In this document: in pieces, positions 44,432-54,522 of the stretch
Layout of the letters: the number at the start of each line of letters is the position of its first letter
How positions within the stretch are numbered: the stretch's first letter is position 1
Source: an uncultured Pirellulales bacterium
Lineage (GTDB): Bacteria > Planctomycetota > Phycisphaerae > Sedimentisphaerales > Anaerobacaceae
Assembly: GCA_964601355.1 (NCBI GenBank)
Contig: CAZRNB010000001.1
Location: forward strand, 825 to 64,824
Length of the DNA stretch: 64,000 nucleotides
Reading direction: 5' to 3'
Made by a program: the position numbers and the translations under genes
Notes under the pieces: generated by a model
The model's input: only the letters and a program-made list of their open reading frames with translations
Told to the model about the DNA's origin: nothing
Database searches by the model: none

Positions 44432-46036
44432 ATGAAACTGGTCAAAAACAAAAAAGTCTTCTTAATAGCTATATTGCTTGCCGTCTGTTTTGCAGTCGGC
44501 TGCGGCAGGATATTTAGCACTAAACGCAGCTCAAAAGAACCGGCACCTAAGCTGGGTCCTACAATAGGAACGTTAGCCGATGTAATCGTGCCGGAATCGA
44601 TCGCTGTGGAAGGTTACGGAATAGTGGGAGGTCTTAACGGAACAGGCTCGGCTGAATGTCCGCCGCCTGTTAGAGTATATCTAAAACAATATATACTCAC
44701 GCAGCTGCCGGAACGCATAGATATAGGCAAATTTATCGAAAGTCTCGATACTGCCGTAGTACGTGTCGAGGGAGTAATACCCGCAGCGGCATCGAAGAAC
44801 CAGTCCTTTGATGTGAAAGTAACCGCCCTTCCGGGCACACAGACAACCTCACTGGAAAACGGCTGGCTCTACGGCACGGAGCTTATCCTTAAAGGAACCT
44901 TCGGCATAAGTACAAGGGTCATGGCTAAGGCAGAAGGACCTCTGTTCATAGATAAAATCGATGTTCCCAGGGTGGATACAAAACTTGCATACATATTGGG
45001 CGGCGGTAAGGTTGCCGAAGAAAGCATTATAAATCTGGTTATCCGCAAACCCGACTATAGAATCACCAGCCTCGTTCGCAACCGTTTAGACGAACGTTTC
45101 GGCTTTGGCATTGCTAAGGCGGTCTCAGCCAGCCGGATCGAATTGAACGTGCCGGCCAAATATAAAGAACAAAAACAAAAATTTGCCGGGTTAGTTAAAG
45201 CGCTTTATCTTGATAATCAGCCGCAAGCTACTCAGGAAAGAATCACAACCTTAGTCAACAAACTTGCAGGCCCACAGGATAAAGGTGAAAGTGAAATCGC
45301 TCTTGAAGCCATAGGCAATGAATGTCTCAATGCACTGTCGCTTTTTTTAAATTCCTCCGAGGAGCAGGTCCGGCTGCGAGCAGCCAGATGCATGCTTAAT
45401 CTGGGCGGCGACCAGGGCCTGCCGATTCTTCGGGGGATAGCAATGGACAGGAGCTCCACTTACAGGCTTGAAGCCTTACAGGCGATAGCCACAGCAGCAA
45501 GGCGTGAAGATGTCGCCGCAATATCACGGAAATTACTTCGTGATAATGATTTTGACATCCGGCTGGCAGCGTATGAACAATTGCATAAATTAAAAGATTT
45601 TGCTGTAACACAAAGACTCGTGGCACGCAGTTTTTATCTGGAACAAACCGCACAAACCGAGCATAAGTCTGTCTTCGTTTTGCGCAGCGGCCAGTCGAGA
45701 ATTGTACTATTCGGCGCACCAATTTATTGCCGCGATGATGTTTTTGTGCAGTCGGCAGACGGCAATATAACAATAAATGCTTCGCCCGGCGCCGAATATG
45801 TCACAATAATACGCAAACATCCCAAACGGCCCGATGTAGTTCTGCAATTGAAAAGCTCCTTCGATCTGGCCGATATTATTATGACACTATGCGAAGAGCC
45901 TCTGACAAAAGAAAAGCAGGAACGTCAGGGTTTAGGAATCTCTTATTCCGACATAATATCCCTTTTGAAACAGATGTGCGACAAAGGAGCAATTACAGCA
46001 GAGTTTCGAGCTGGGCCCATTCCTAAAATCGGCTAA
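44432..46036 (+). CDS. lipoprotein with a FlgI (flagellar P-ring)-like N-terminal domain and HEAT-like repeats
   Basis: Lipobox LLAVCFAVGC. VEGYGIVGGLNGTGS and AVVRVEGVIPAAASKNQSFDVKVTALPGTQTTSLENGWL parallel FlgI blocks (GYGLVVGLxGTGD; AAVMVTAxLPPFxxxGxxIDVTVSSxGDAxSLxGGTL). Residues about 290-400 are HEAT/armadillo-like. Confidence 0.55.
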   Translation: MKLVKNKKVFLIAILLAVCFAVGCGRIFSTKRSSKEPAPKLGPTIGTLADVIVPESIAVEGYGIVGGLNGTGSAECPPPVRVYLKQYILTQLPERIDIGKFIESLDTAVVRVEGVIPAAASKNQSFDVKVTALPGTQTTSLENGWLYGTELILKGTFGISTRVMAKAEGPLFIDKIDVPRVDTKLAYILGGGKVAEESIINLVIRKPDYRITSLVRNRLDERFGFGIAKAVSASRIELNVPAKYKEQKQKFAGLVKALYLDNQPQATQERITTLVNKLAGPQDKGESEIALEAIGNECLNALSLFLNSSEEQVRLRAARCMLNLGGDQGLPILRGIAMDRSSTYRLEALQAIATAARREDVAAISRKLLRDNDFDIRLAAYEQLHKLKDFAVTQRLVARSFYLEQTAQTEHKSVFVLRSGQSRIVLFGAPIYCRDDVFVQSADGNITINASPGAEYVTIIRKHPKRPDVVLQLKSSFDLADIIMTLCEEPLTKEKQERQGLGISYSDIISLLKQMCDKGAITAEFRAGPIPKIG

Positions 46037-46144
46037 TTATCAAGAAATAACGAACCGTCGGCCGATAATAGTATTAAATATCAACCTGAAGTGATTGCGT
46101 GACTTTAGTATATTTATTATAGGACGTTAATAATAGGGTGAAAA

Positions 46145-49100
46145 ATGAGACTTGAAAAAATCGTTCTTGATGGATTCAAAAGCTTCGCAGACAAAACAGA
46201 TTTTAATTTCAGATCATCAATAACCGCTGTCGTAGGACCCAACGGCTGCGGCAAAAGCAACGTTGTCGATGCGGTAAAATGGGTGCTCGGAGAGCAAAGC
46301 GTCAAAAGCCTTCGGAGCGACCAGATGGCCGATGTGATATTCGGCGGCAGCAGCAGCCGTAAGCCGCAGGCGGCAGCCGAAGTCAATTTGTTTATTTCAA
46401 ATCCCGATGGAAGCATAACAGGCAAATTACCGCTCGCTTCTGACGAAATACAAATAAGCCGCAGAATATACAAAAATGGTGAAAGCGAATACCGAATAAA
46501 CAACAACATCTGCCGGTTAAAAGACTTACGAGAGCTATTCATGGACACCGGCCTCGGTACAAAAGCCTATTCGATTATCGAGCAGGGACAGGTCGAGCAA
46601 TTGTTAAGCGGCTCGAAGATAGACAGAAGAGCCCTCTTTGAAGAAGCAGCGGGCATAAGCAAATATAAAGCGCATAAGAAAGAAGCGATTCGCAAACTTG
46701 AACGCACCGAGCAAAATCTGCTGCGGCTTGTGGATATTTTAAGCGAAGTCACCAGAGAATTGCGAAGCATAAAGATTCAGGCTGCCAAAGCACGAAATTA
46801 CTTACAATACAGCCAAAGACTCAAAGAGCTGCAGGTCAATTATTGGCTGGCTGAATACGCCAGAAACCAAACCCAGCTTACAGAGAAGGCAAATTCCCTC
46901 GACCATATTGAGCAGCAGCTGCAGCAGGTGGATGTAGAAGTGGCAAAAGACGATGCTCTGCTCAGTAAGATGGGAGAAGAAAAAATCGAAATCGAGCATA
47001 AGCTGAACCATACCGACAACCTTCTGGTCTCTATCCAGAGCAAAATTGAGCAGCTTCTTCAGCGTATCGAGTTCCTGCGAACCAGAATAACAGAACTCCA
47101 GCAAAGGAAAGAAAACGCCGGCCTGCGTATCGAAAAAATACAGGAGCAGGAAAGGATTCTTCAGGAAAATTTGTCTGGTCACAAACAGGAGCAGGCCGAC
47201 TGCGAAAAAATGCTGCAGGAAAAAAGCAGCTCCGTCGAGCAGACCCAAAAAGCAATCCAGCAGATTAATGCGGACTGTGCCTCGCTCGAGGCAGATTTGG
47301 AAGACAATAAGTCAGGTATTATAGATATGGTTCGCAGAACCGCACAACTGCACAATGAAATTCAAAGCATTTCAGTCTATCGCAATAATTTGTCTAACCA
47401 GAAGGACCGCCTTGCAGGCAGAGCGGAAACCGCCAATGCCGAGCTTGAAAAACTCTTTGCTGAAAAAGCACAATGCAAAGCCCGCCTGGAGGACATCGAA
47501 AAAGTGCTGAGTGAGCTGCATCGGAGTCTGGATTCCAAACGCACAAGAGCAGAAGAAATTACCAGCCTTACCGAAGCAGATAATAAGCGATTGGCCCATA
47601 CCAAAGAGGCACGCAGCGCATTGTGCAGCGAGCTGGCCGTATTGGAAGATATGGAAAAAAAATACGAGGGCCTAAACAGCGGGGTTAAAAGCATCCTGCA
47701 GAATAAAACCGTTGATAAATTAGATTATATCGAAGGCTTGCTGGCTGAAATAATAAAAGCTGATTTGCAGTACGCCAACGCGGTCGAGGCCGCTCTCGAA
47801 GGCAAGACCGACGCCCTGGTAGTTGATAACACAAACAGACTGCTTGCTGATACCGAAACCATTGAGAAGCTCGAAGGCAGAGTGAGCTTTATCTGCATGG
47901 ACAAAATAGAGCCTTTTTCAGATCAGAAAGACTTTTCAAGCCGGTCAGGCGTCAAGGGTCGTCTTGCTGAATTTGTTAATGCCGAGAGTAAATATGCACC
48001 TTTAGTCTGGAAACTGCTGGGCAAAGTGATACTGGTTGATTCGATTGCGAACGCGATTGAGATGGCGAACGAAAACGGCAGTGATTATACGTTTGTCACT
48101 TTAAAAGGTGAATCCGTAAGCAACGATGGCACCGTGAAGCTTGGGCCGATGAGCAAGCCGGCCGGGCTGATATCTCGCAAGAGCCGGCTGCGCCAATTGG
48201 AACAAAGTATCGCAAAAATACAATCCGAAATCACGATGCTCGAAGAGGAAATTGATAAGAAAAATCGGGAAAACTCACATTTAGACAAGCTTTGCAAGGA
48301 CCTGCGAACCGCCGTCTATGAAGCCAATACCGAAAAGATGCACATAACCTCAAAGCTGACCGTTTGCGAGCAGGATATAAATCGGCTCAAAAAAGAGCAG
48401 CCTTTGATAGCCGGGGAGATCGACCTGCTGGAGGCTCAGATCGCCCAATCGGTGCAAAAAGAGTATGACTCACAGCAGAAATTGCAGGAGCTTGAGGCTG
48501 TTAATAAGCAGCGCACGGAACGCATAAAAGAGCTTGAGACAAAGTTCAGCGAACAAAAAGAGATGCAGCAGAGGCAGATGACCCTGCTTACCGACCTTAA
48601 GGTGGCTTTGGGACAAGCTGCCGAGCAGAGCCGGGCTTTGAAACAGATAATAATGAACCTGGAAAGCCAGGTGCGGTCAAACCGTTCGGCTGCAGAAACG
48701 GCACAGAATGAAATTAAAAGCTGCAGCGAGCAATGGCAGCAGGCTCAAAGAGACATCCTTGGCAGCGAAGCGGCTGTATCGGAACTTTTCGTCGAGAAGG
48801 AGCAGAACCAGAAAAACAATCAGCTTTTATATCAACAGATAGAAAAGCTGCTCAGCGAGAAAAAACAAATAGAGGAAACTCTGCTGCTTAAGCGGTCCGA
48901 AAAAGGCAAATTCGAGTCCGTCATAGGGGAGCTTAAAATAGAGCTGGGCCAATTGGAGGTAAAAAAACAGAACTTAATTGACAGGGTCCAGGAGGAGCTG
49001 CAGATTAACCTTGTCGAGGCATACAAAAATTATACGGACAGGGACGTCGATTGGGATAAGGTTCGGGAAGAGATAGCCGAGCTACGCGGCAAAATCGAAC

Positions 49101-49762
49101 GGCTTGGCAACGTAAATATGGACGCCATCGCTGAGCAGGATAATCTTGACCAAAGGCATAAATTTTTGAGCAGCCAGGTTGACGATTTGAACTCAAGCAA
49201 AGCTCAGCTTCAGCAGCTAATAAATCGGCTTAACAAAAAGAGCCGGGAGAAATTCATCGAGACTTTTGAGCAAATCAGAGGTCACTTCCAGCAGATTTTC
49301 CGTAAGCTCTTTGGCGGAGGTAAGGCTGATATAGTGCTTGAATCCCTGATTCAGCCGGGAACCGGCCAAAGCGGAGAATCGGACCCGCTTGAAGCTGGGA
49401 TAGAAATTATTGCAAAACCTCCCGGCAAAGAGACAAGGAGCATATCTTTGCTTAGCGGCGGTGAGAAATCAATGACAGCGATTGCACTTTTATTTTCGGT
49501 TTTTAAGACAAAGCCTTCTCCATTTTGTTTCCTCGATGAAATCGACGCGGCGCTGGACGAGGCAAATAATGAACGTTTCAATATTCTGCTGCGGGAATTT
49601 CAAAAAGATACTCAGTTCATCGTAATTACTCACTCCAAGCGCACGATGAGCGTTGCTGATGAGCTATTCGGCATAACTATGCAAACCCAGGGAGTAAGTA
49701 AGAAGATAAGCGTCAGGTTCGACCAGTTCGGCCGGCAGGAGGAAACTGCTGCCGTAGCGTAA
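46145..49762 (+). CDS. smc: chromosome segregation protein SMC
   Basis: N-terminal Walker A GPNGCGKSN, long coiled coils, hinge region, C-terminal LSGGEKSMTAIALLF signature and Walker B FCFLDEIDAALD. Confidence 0.95.
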   Translation: MRLEKIVLDGFKSFADKTDFNFRSSITAVVGPNGCGKSNVVDAVKWVLGEQSVKSLRSDQMADVIFGGSSSRKPQAAAEVNLFISNPDGSITGKLPLASDEIQISRRIYKNGESEYRINNNICRLKDLRELFMDTGLGTKAYSIIEQGQVEQLLSGSKIDRRALFEEAAGISKYKAHKKEAIRKLERTEQNLLRLVDILSEVTRELRSIKIQAAKARNYLQYSQRLKELQVNYWLAEYARNQTQLTEKANSLDHIEQQLQQVDVEVAKDDALLSKMGEEKIEIEHKLNHTDNLLVSIQSKIEQLLQRIEFLRTRITELQQRKENAGLRIEKIQEQERILQENLSGHKQEQADCEKMLQEKSSSVEQTQKAIQQINADCASLEADLEDNKSGIIDMVRRTAQLHNEIQSISVYRNNLSNQKDRLAGRAETANAELEKLFAEKAQCKARLEDIEKVLSELHRSLDSKRTRAEEITSLTEADNKRLAHTKEARSALCSELAVLEDMEKKYEGLNSGVKSILQNKTVDKLDYIEGLLAEIIKADLQYANAVEAALEGKTDALVVDNTNRLLADTETIEKLEGRVSFICMDKIEPFSDQKDFSSRSGVKGRLAEFVNAESKYAPLVWKLLGKVILVDSIANAIEMANENGSDYTFVTLKGESVSNDGTVKLGPMSKPAGLISRKSRLRQLEQSIAKIQSEITMLEEEIDKKNRENSHLDKLCKDLRTAVYEANTEKMHITSKLTVCEQDINRLKKEQPLIAGEIDLLEAQIAQSVQKEYDSQQKLQELEAVNKQRTERIKELETKFSEQKEMQQRQMTLLTDLKVALGQAAEQSRALKQIIMNLESQVRSNRSAAETAQNEIKSCSEQWQQAQRDILGSEAAVSELFVEKEQNQKNNQLLYQQIEKLLSEKKQIEETLLLKRSEKGKFESVIGELKIELGQLEVKKQNLIDRVQEELQINLVEAYKNYTDRDVDWDKVREEIAELRGKIERLGNVNMDAIAEQDNLDQRHKFLSSQVDDLNSSKAQLQQLINRLNKKSREKFIETFEQIRGHFQQIFRKLFGGGKADIVLESLIQPGTGQSGESDPLEAGIEIIAKPPGKETRSISLLSGGEKSMTAIALLFSVFKTKPSPFCFLDEIDAALDEANNERFNILLREFQKDTQFIVITHSKRTMSVADELFGITMQTQGVSKKISVRFDQFGRQEETAAVA

Positions 49763-49795
49763 TTTATGTGAACCCAGCAATAAATCTGTTTAGCG

Positions 49796-49818
49796 GTCGC
49801 CGGTACGGCGACGGTTTT
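49796..49818 (+). terminator. intrinsic terminator candidate after smc
   Basis: gtcgccg-gta-cggcgac followed by ggttttc. Confidence 0.5.
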
Positions 49819-49945
49819 CGGCAACAACCAATCATGCCCGATATACGCAGGGTCTTGGCTGCATTTTCTTTTTACATTCTGTAATTGCAAATATTCATGT
49901 CTATTAGTAGAATTCACATTTCATTTTTATTGTTTCACAAGAGAA

Positions 49946-51184
49946 ATGACGATGGCAGAAAAACTTGACAAACACACATTGAAAAACGGGGTGGTTCTTC
50001 TCGGCGAACCTATGGAGGCCGTCAAATCAGTAGCGTTTGATTTTATGCTGCCGGCCGGAGCCGCTGTGCTTGCCGAAGGCTGTTGTGGCGCAGCAAACGT
50101 CATCACAGATTGGATCTTCAGAGGCGCCGGTTATAGAAACAGCAGACAATTAGGCGACGCCCTTGATGGCCTTGGCCTGCACCGTGATGAGTCGGTCGGC
50201 AGCTCCCATATAACCATTGGAGCAGCCCTGGAAGCCGACAATTTAACAAAAGCCCTGGACTTGTACGCTGATATTATACGGCAGCCGCGTCTGGAAGAAG
50301 ACCAGTTCGAATTGGCCAGGCAATTAGCAATTGATGAGGTGCATGCTTTAGATGATGAGCCGCGGCAAAAAGTTAAGTTTAAGCTGCGAGAAAAGTTTTA
50401 TCCACATCCGCTCGGACGCAGCACTGCCGGCAATATTGATGAGCTAAAGAAATTGACCGCAGACAAAACCCGGGAAATTGTAAAGGATAATTTAAATCTT
50501 TCGCAGACAATTTTTTCGATTGCAGGCAAATATGATTTTGATGCGATTTGTCGGCAGATGGAGAAGCTGTTTGAGGCGAACCAGCAAAAAGCCCTTGAGC
50601 CGGTTACATTGGGTCTAAAAGCCGGCGGTTATACACATATAAATGAAGATTGTGCGCAAGTGCATATCGGCCTGATGACAGAGACAGTTAAGCCGACTGA
50701 CGACAACTACTATAATGTGATGACGGCTGTGTCGGCTCTTTCCGGCGGAATGAGCGCAAGATTGTTCACAGAGGTAAGAGAAAAAAGAGGCTTATGCTAT
50801 GCAATCGGGGCACGCTATCATGGCTTAAAAGAAGCGGCCGGCATAATGTGCTACGCTGGCACAACACCGGATAAGGCTCAGGAAACGCTCGAATGTGTCA
50901 TCGGCGAATTTAACCAGCTAAGCTCTGGAATCAGCGAAGAAGAAATTAACAGGGCTAAAGTCGGCTTAAAAAGCTCTTTAATTCTGCACAGCGAATCGTC
51001 CGGCAGCCGGGCCGGCTCAATTGGAAGCGATTACTATATGTTAGGCAGAGTGCGGAGCCTGGATGAAATTAAAAACAAGATAGAGACAACTAACGTCGAT
51101 TCAGTTTTGGATTTTCTCGGCTCCAATAAATTCAAGGATTTCACGATTGTTACAATCGGCCCAAAGGAATTAACAATCAAGTGA
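49946..51184 (+). CDS. M16-family peptidase-like protein, non-catalytic subunit type
   Basis: M16 fold features, but no HxxEH at the N-terminus (region ...AFDFMLPAGAAVLAEG...). Confidence 0.8.
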   Translation: MTMAEKLDKHTLKNGVVLLGEPMEAVKSVAFDFMLPAGAAVLAEGCCGAANVITDWIFRGAGYRNSRQLGDALDGLGLHRDESVGSSHITIGAALEADNLTKALDLYADIIRQPRLEEDQFELARQLAIDEVHALDDEPRQKVKFKLREKFYPHPLGRSTAGNIDELKKLTADKTREIVKDNLNLSQTIFSIAGKYDFDAICRQMEKLFEANQQKALEPVTLGLKAGGYTHINEDCAQVHIGLMTETVKPTDDNYYNVMTAVSALSGGMSARLFTEVREKRGLCYAIGARYHGLKEAAGIMCYAGTTPDKAQETLECVIGEFNQLSSGISEEEINRAKVGLKSSLILHSESSGSRAGSIGSDYYMLGRVRSLDEIKNKIETTNVDSVLDFLGSNKFKDFTIVTIGPKELTIK

Positions 51185-51191
51185 CAAAAGT

Positions 51192-52460
51192 ATGGAATTT
51201 AAGGGAAAAAGATTATCGAATGGTCTGGATTTAATTGGAGAGGTTAATCCATCCGCTAAATCGGCTGCGGTTGGTTTCTTCGTTAGAACCGGCTCTCGAG
51301 ATGAGACCGGGCAAATAAACGGAGTTTCACACTTTCTGGAGCACATGCTGTTTAAAGGTACTGAAAAGTTAAACGCGTTTGAAGTCAATAAGGCATTCGA
51401 CAATACGGGGGCGCAGTTCAACGCCTTTACCGGCGAGGAAAATACTGTTTACTACGCAGCCGTTTTGCCAGAGTACGTCATAGAAGTCACAAAGCTATGG
51501 ATCGAATTGATGAGGCCGGCCCTTAGAGATACAGATTTCAATATCGAGAAAAATGTCATCAAAGAAGAAATAGCAATGTACAAGGATACGCCCAGCTTTG
51601 ACGTCGTGGATAGATGCAGAAGTCTGCACTTCGATAGACATCCATGCGGCAACAGTATTCTCGGCAGCGAAAAAAGTATAGACGGTCTCACAGTCGAGAA
51701 GATGCGGGACTATTTTATAAGGCGTTATACACCGGACAATATGATGTTCACCTGTACCGGCAACTTCAACTGGGAACAAATCTGCCGGACCATGGAAGAG
51801 GCCTGTTTCAGGTGGCAGGGACAAACTGCTTCCAGAAAGTTAGAGCACTTTGGCGGCAGCAAAAAGAAAGAAAGGATTGAAAAATCCAATCTGGCCTGCG
51901 AGCATATATGCCTGATAGGCCCGTGCGTGTCCTTTCAGGATCCGCTAAGGTTCGCAGCCTCGCTCTTGACGGTTATTGTCGGCGACAACGTCGGCTCAAG
52001 ATTCTTCTGGGAATTAGTGGATAAGGCGTTGGCAGAAGCAGCCACGATGCAATATAGCCCTATGGACGGCACAGGGGCGCTGTATAGTTATATCAGGTGC
52101 AGCAGCAAAAACGTCTCCAAGGTTCTGGACATCGTCAGGATTATCTTCCAAAGCTTATCTGAAAACGGCGTAACGGAAGATGAATTGAGAAAGGCCAAAA
52201 ATAAAGTCCTCAGCGCATTGGTGATTAAAAATGAGCTGCCGATGGGTCGTCTCCTTGACCTCGGTTTTAACTGGATTTATTTAAAAGAATATTGTACCAT
52301 TGAATACGACGTTCAGGCCGTTAAGGCAGTAAGCATTGATGATATTAACTCACTGATAGAGCAATTTAATCCGGGTGAGTTCACACAATTTTCTATAGGT
52401 CCCGTTAGAAATACCGATCTAACGAAAAATCTTATAGAGAATGAATTTCTAACGGGATAG
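51192..52460 (+). CDS. M16-family zinc peptidase (catalytic subunit type)
   Basis: Inverted zinc motif HFLEHMLFKGT and a downstream conserved E. Confidence 0.9.
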   Translation: MEFKGKRLSNGLDLIGEVNPSAKSAAVGFFVRTGSRDETGQINGVSHFLEHMLFKGTEKLNAFEVNKAFDNTGAQFNAFTGEENTVYYAAVLPEYVIEVTKLWIELMRPALRDTDFNIEKNVIKEEIAMYKDTPSFDVVDRCRSLHFDRHPCGNSILGSEKSIDGLTVEKMRDYFIRRYTPDNMMFTCTGNFNWEQICRTMEEACFRWQGQTASRKLEHFGGSKKKERIEKSNLACEHICLIGPCVSFQDPLRFAASLLTVIVGDNVGSRFFWELVDKALAEAATMQYSPMDGTGALYSYIRCSSKNVSKVLDIVRIIFQSLSENGVTEDELRKAKNKVLSALVIKNELPMGRLLDLGFNWIYLKEYCTIEYDVQAVKAVSIDDINSLIEQFNPGEFTQFSIGPVRNTDLTKNLIENEFLTG

Positions 52461-52469
52461 GACCTGCAC

Positions 52470-52994
52470 GTGGTGAATATGGCCAACAGCAATAAACAAA
52501 ATGATGACGGCGTTCTTCGAGCAGGCGATATAATACCGCCCTACAACACTCGACCGGCTCGGGAAACCCCGGCAGAACAAACAGACACAAAACAGCAGGC
52601 AAGCGACATACCGAGATTTAACTTAGCCGAGCAGATCTTGGCAGAGCAGCGAAAAATATCCTCTACAAAAAGAAAATCTCCCGGCCCAAAAAGTATACCT
52701 CCAAGCCGACTCATCACGGCGGAGCGTGCCGGAGCGAGACAGGAAAAGAACGAGAAAAGCAGCGGAGTATTCATTCTCCGTCCCTTAGCGCCGAAAGGTG
52801 TCCTGCGGAGGACTGCGAAGGATGAAAGCCCCACTCAATTCTATTCGGCTGTTACACAGCCGGCAATACTGCTGTTAAACCAGCAGCAAATCATAGCAGA
52901 GATTGTAGCGAAGGATATAGCAAAGCTGTCCGGAGACTTGGCTGGTGGCCATCAAAAGCAAACATCCAGTGCATCAACCCCGTTAGAGAATTAA
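52470..52994 (+). CDS. hypothetical low-complexity protein
   Basis: 174-aa ORF immediately after the M16 pair, GTG start. Conserved-looking IPRFNLAEQILAEQRK and QQQIIAEIVAKDIAKL segments. The middle contains a core repeat. Confidence 0.5.
   Translation: MVNMANSNKQNDDGVLRAGDIIPPYNTRPARETPAEQTDTKQQASDIPRFNLAEQILAEQRKISSTKRKSPGPKSIPPSRLITAERAGARQEKNEKSSGVFILRPLAPKGVLRRTAKDESPTQFYSAVTQPAILLLNQQQIIAEIVAKDIAKLSGDLAGGHQKQTSSASTPLEN
52767..52830. repeat. 22-nt core (reverse orientation, 52789-52810) with imperfect inverted flanks, in-frame in the 174-aa ORF
   Basis: gtattcattctccgtccc-ttag-CGCCGAAAGGTGTCCTGCGGAG-gactgcgaaggatgaaagcc encodes GVFILRPLAPKGVLRRTAKDES. Confidence 0.7.
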
Positions 52995-53038
52995 GTTCTC
53001 TAATCCTGATGTATCTGGAGAGGCTTTCTCTAACGGGG
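52978..53038. terminator. 13-bp perfect inverted repeat between convergent genes
   Basis: ccccgttagagaa (52978-52990) pairs with ttctctaacgggg (53026-53038). An inner ttagagaa/ttctctaa hairpin is present. Confidence 0.55.
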
Positions 53039-53061
53039 TCAACGAAGGCCTAAAGAAAAGC

Positions 53062-53688
53062 TCAAAACGTCTTCGCAATTCGCTTAGCTTTCTCAATGGC
53101 TTCCGCCTGTTTTTGTTTCGCAACGTCGGCGCCGCCGGCGAGGGTCGGCTCAACAATTACGGAGCGAATATCAGACAAACCCATAAAGCCCAAAATAAGC
53201 TCAAGATAGCTCTTTTGCATATCAAAAGCTTTGCCGGCTTCCGATGAGTACTGCCCGCCACGCGCGTATGCAATAAAGACCAGCTTATTTTTTACCAATC
53301 CCTCATAGCTGCCGTCTTTTTTGGCGGTGAAAGTTAAACCGGGCTGAACAATGACGTCTATATATTGTTTCAGCCGGTAAGGAATCGAAAAATTCCACAT
53401 CGGCACCGCGAAAACATATTTGTCCGCTGCCTTGAACTTTTCTATTACAGAAACAATCCCCTGCCAGATTTGGCGGTCTTTTTGTGTATGCTCTTTGGAA
53501 TGCATTATTTTGTATTTTGCGGCTGCCGCCGGCAAATCAAACGCCGGCAGCTCTTCCTGAAAAATGTCGATGGTTTTGATTTCATCGCCGGAATGGCTTT
53601 GGCGATACGATTCAATAAACGCGTCGGCTGCCGCAATTGAGTGAGAAAGACTACCAAGCGGCGAGGCTTTGATGTATAAAATAGTGCT
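53062..53688 (-). CDS. azoR: FMN-dependent NADH-azoreductase
   Basis: STILYIKASP...S.S, VFAVPMWNFSIPYRLKQYID and GLTF fit AzoR/flavodoxin-like. The ATG at 53688 is 9 nt after AAGGAG; the ORF-track start 53802 is unlikely. Confidence 0.85.
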   Translation of the reverse strand, partial: STILYIKASPLGSLSHSIAAADAFIESYRQSHSGDEIKTIDIFQEELPAFDLPAAAAKYKIMHSKEHTQKDRQIWQGIVSVIEKFKAADKYVFAVPMWNFSIPYRLKQYIDVIVQPGLTFTAKKDGSYEGLVKNKLVFIAYARGGQYSSEAGKAFDMQKSYLELILGFMGLSDIRSVIVEPTLAGGADVAKQKQAEAIEKAKRIAKTF

Positions 53689-53881
53689 CATAGTGTTCAT
53701 CTCCTTGAATACTTCTGAAAATTTATATGTGGGGCTTAACACCACATTATTCTTTAGATTGCTGCAATTATAATTGATACACTCCGAATAGTCACTTAAC
53801 AAATCATTCAGAAATCAGCTTTGAGGTTAATATTGATGCTGATAAAATGCTCATAAAATGTTCAAGTGAACAGCCCTCATA

Positions 53882-53923
53882 GTTCTTTGTTCGTCGATAA
53901 ACAATGAACTGATAACAATAAAC
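53882..53923. repeat. degenerate family B element
   Basis: gttctttgttcgtcgataaacaatgaactgataacaataaac. Confidence 0.45.
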
Positions 53924-54012
53924 TACCATTGCCATTAGGCTTTGACTTTAGCAATATAAACAAATATATACGTAGCCCTGTGCTATAGTTTCTAAAGCCT
54001 GATCTGTTCAAT

Positions 54013-54068
54013 TTTGAATTAAGAATTGAGAATTTAGAATGAAGAAAAATTTAATTCTCAATTCTTCA
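54013..54068. repeat. hairpin element, family A
   Basis: tttgaattaagaattgagaatttagaatgaag-aaaaat-ttaattctcaattcttca. Confidence 0.7.
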
Positions 54069-54191
54069 TATCCTGATTCTCTAAGCACCTGCTCTGTTGC
54101 TCGGTTAGGATGGTCAAATTTGGGTAGGTTTAACGGAAGAATTATACGAGAATTTAGACACAAAATAAAACGGATTTTCAAAAAATAAAAC

Positions 54192-54220
54192 TTGACCTAT
54201 AACGTTATGTGTTATATAAT
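54192..54220 (+). promoter_or_regulatory. near-consensus promoter of higBA with an embedded palindromic operator candidate
   Basis: TTGACC (54192-54197), 17 nt, TATAAT (54215-54220). The palindrome ATAACGTTAT (54199-54208) lies in the spacer. The ATG at 54232 is only 11 nt after the -10, and no SD is visible. Confidence 0.6.
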
Positions 54221-54231
54221 CTATTTGATTT

Positions 54232-54513
54232 ATGATTAAAACCTTCAAGTGTAAAGAAACGCAAAAGATTTTTTGCCGGCGATATTCCAGAAAGCTGCCT
54301 TCTGATATTCAAAAGGTAGCTTTTAGAAAACTGCGTATGATCGACCGTAGTTACACATTAAGTGATTTGAAAGTTCCGCCAGCTAACAGGTTGGAAATGC
54401 TGTCCGGTAAAAGAAAAGGGCAATATAGTATTCATATTAATGATCAATGGCGAATTTGCTTTAGATGGATAGATAATAATGCCCTTGACGTAGAAATTAC
54501 AGATTATCATTGA
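54232..54513 (+). CDS. higB: HigB-type toxin (RelE/ParE superfamily, 'killer protein')
   Basis: MIKTFKCKETQKIF...LRMIDRSYTLSDLKVPPANRLEMLSGKRKGQYSIHINDQWRICFRW is the classic HigB/plasmid-maintenance killer pattern. Confidence 0.85.
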   Translation: MIKTFKCKETQKIFCRRYSRKLPSDIQKVAFRKLRMIDRSYTLSDLKVPPANRLEMLSGKRKGQYSIHINDQWRICFRWIDNNALDVEITDYH

Positions 54514-54522
54514 GGTAAGAAA

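Noticed and set aside
46117-46548. 143-aa minus-strand ORF overlapping the smc start
   Set aside because: It is antisense to the conserved SMC N-terminal Walker A region and has no independent support.
49946-52460. M16 peptidase pair with one subunit lacking HxxEH as a novelty
   Set aside because: Heterodimeric M16 pairs with one non-catalytic subunit are common. This is an ordinary feature.
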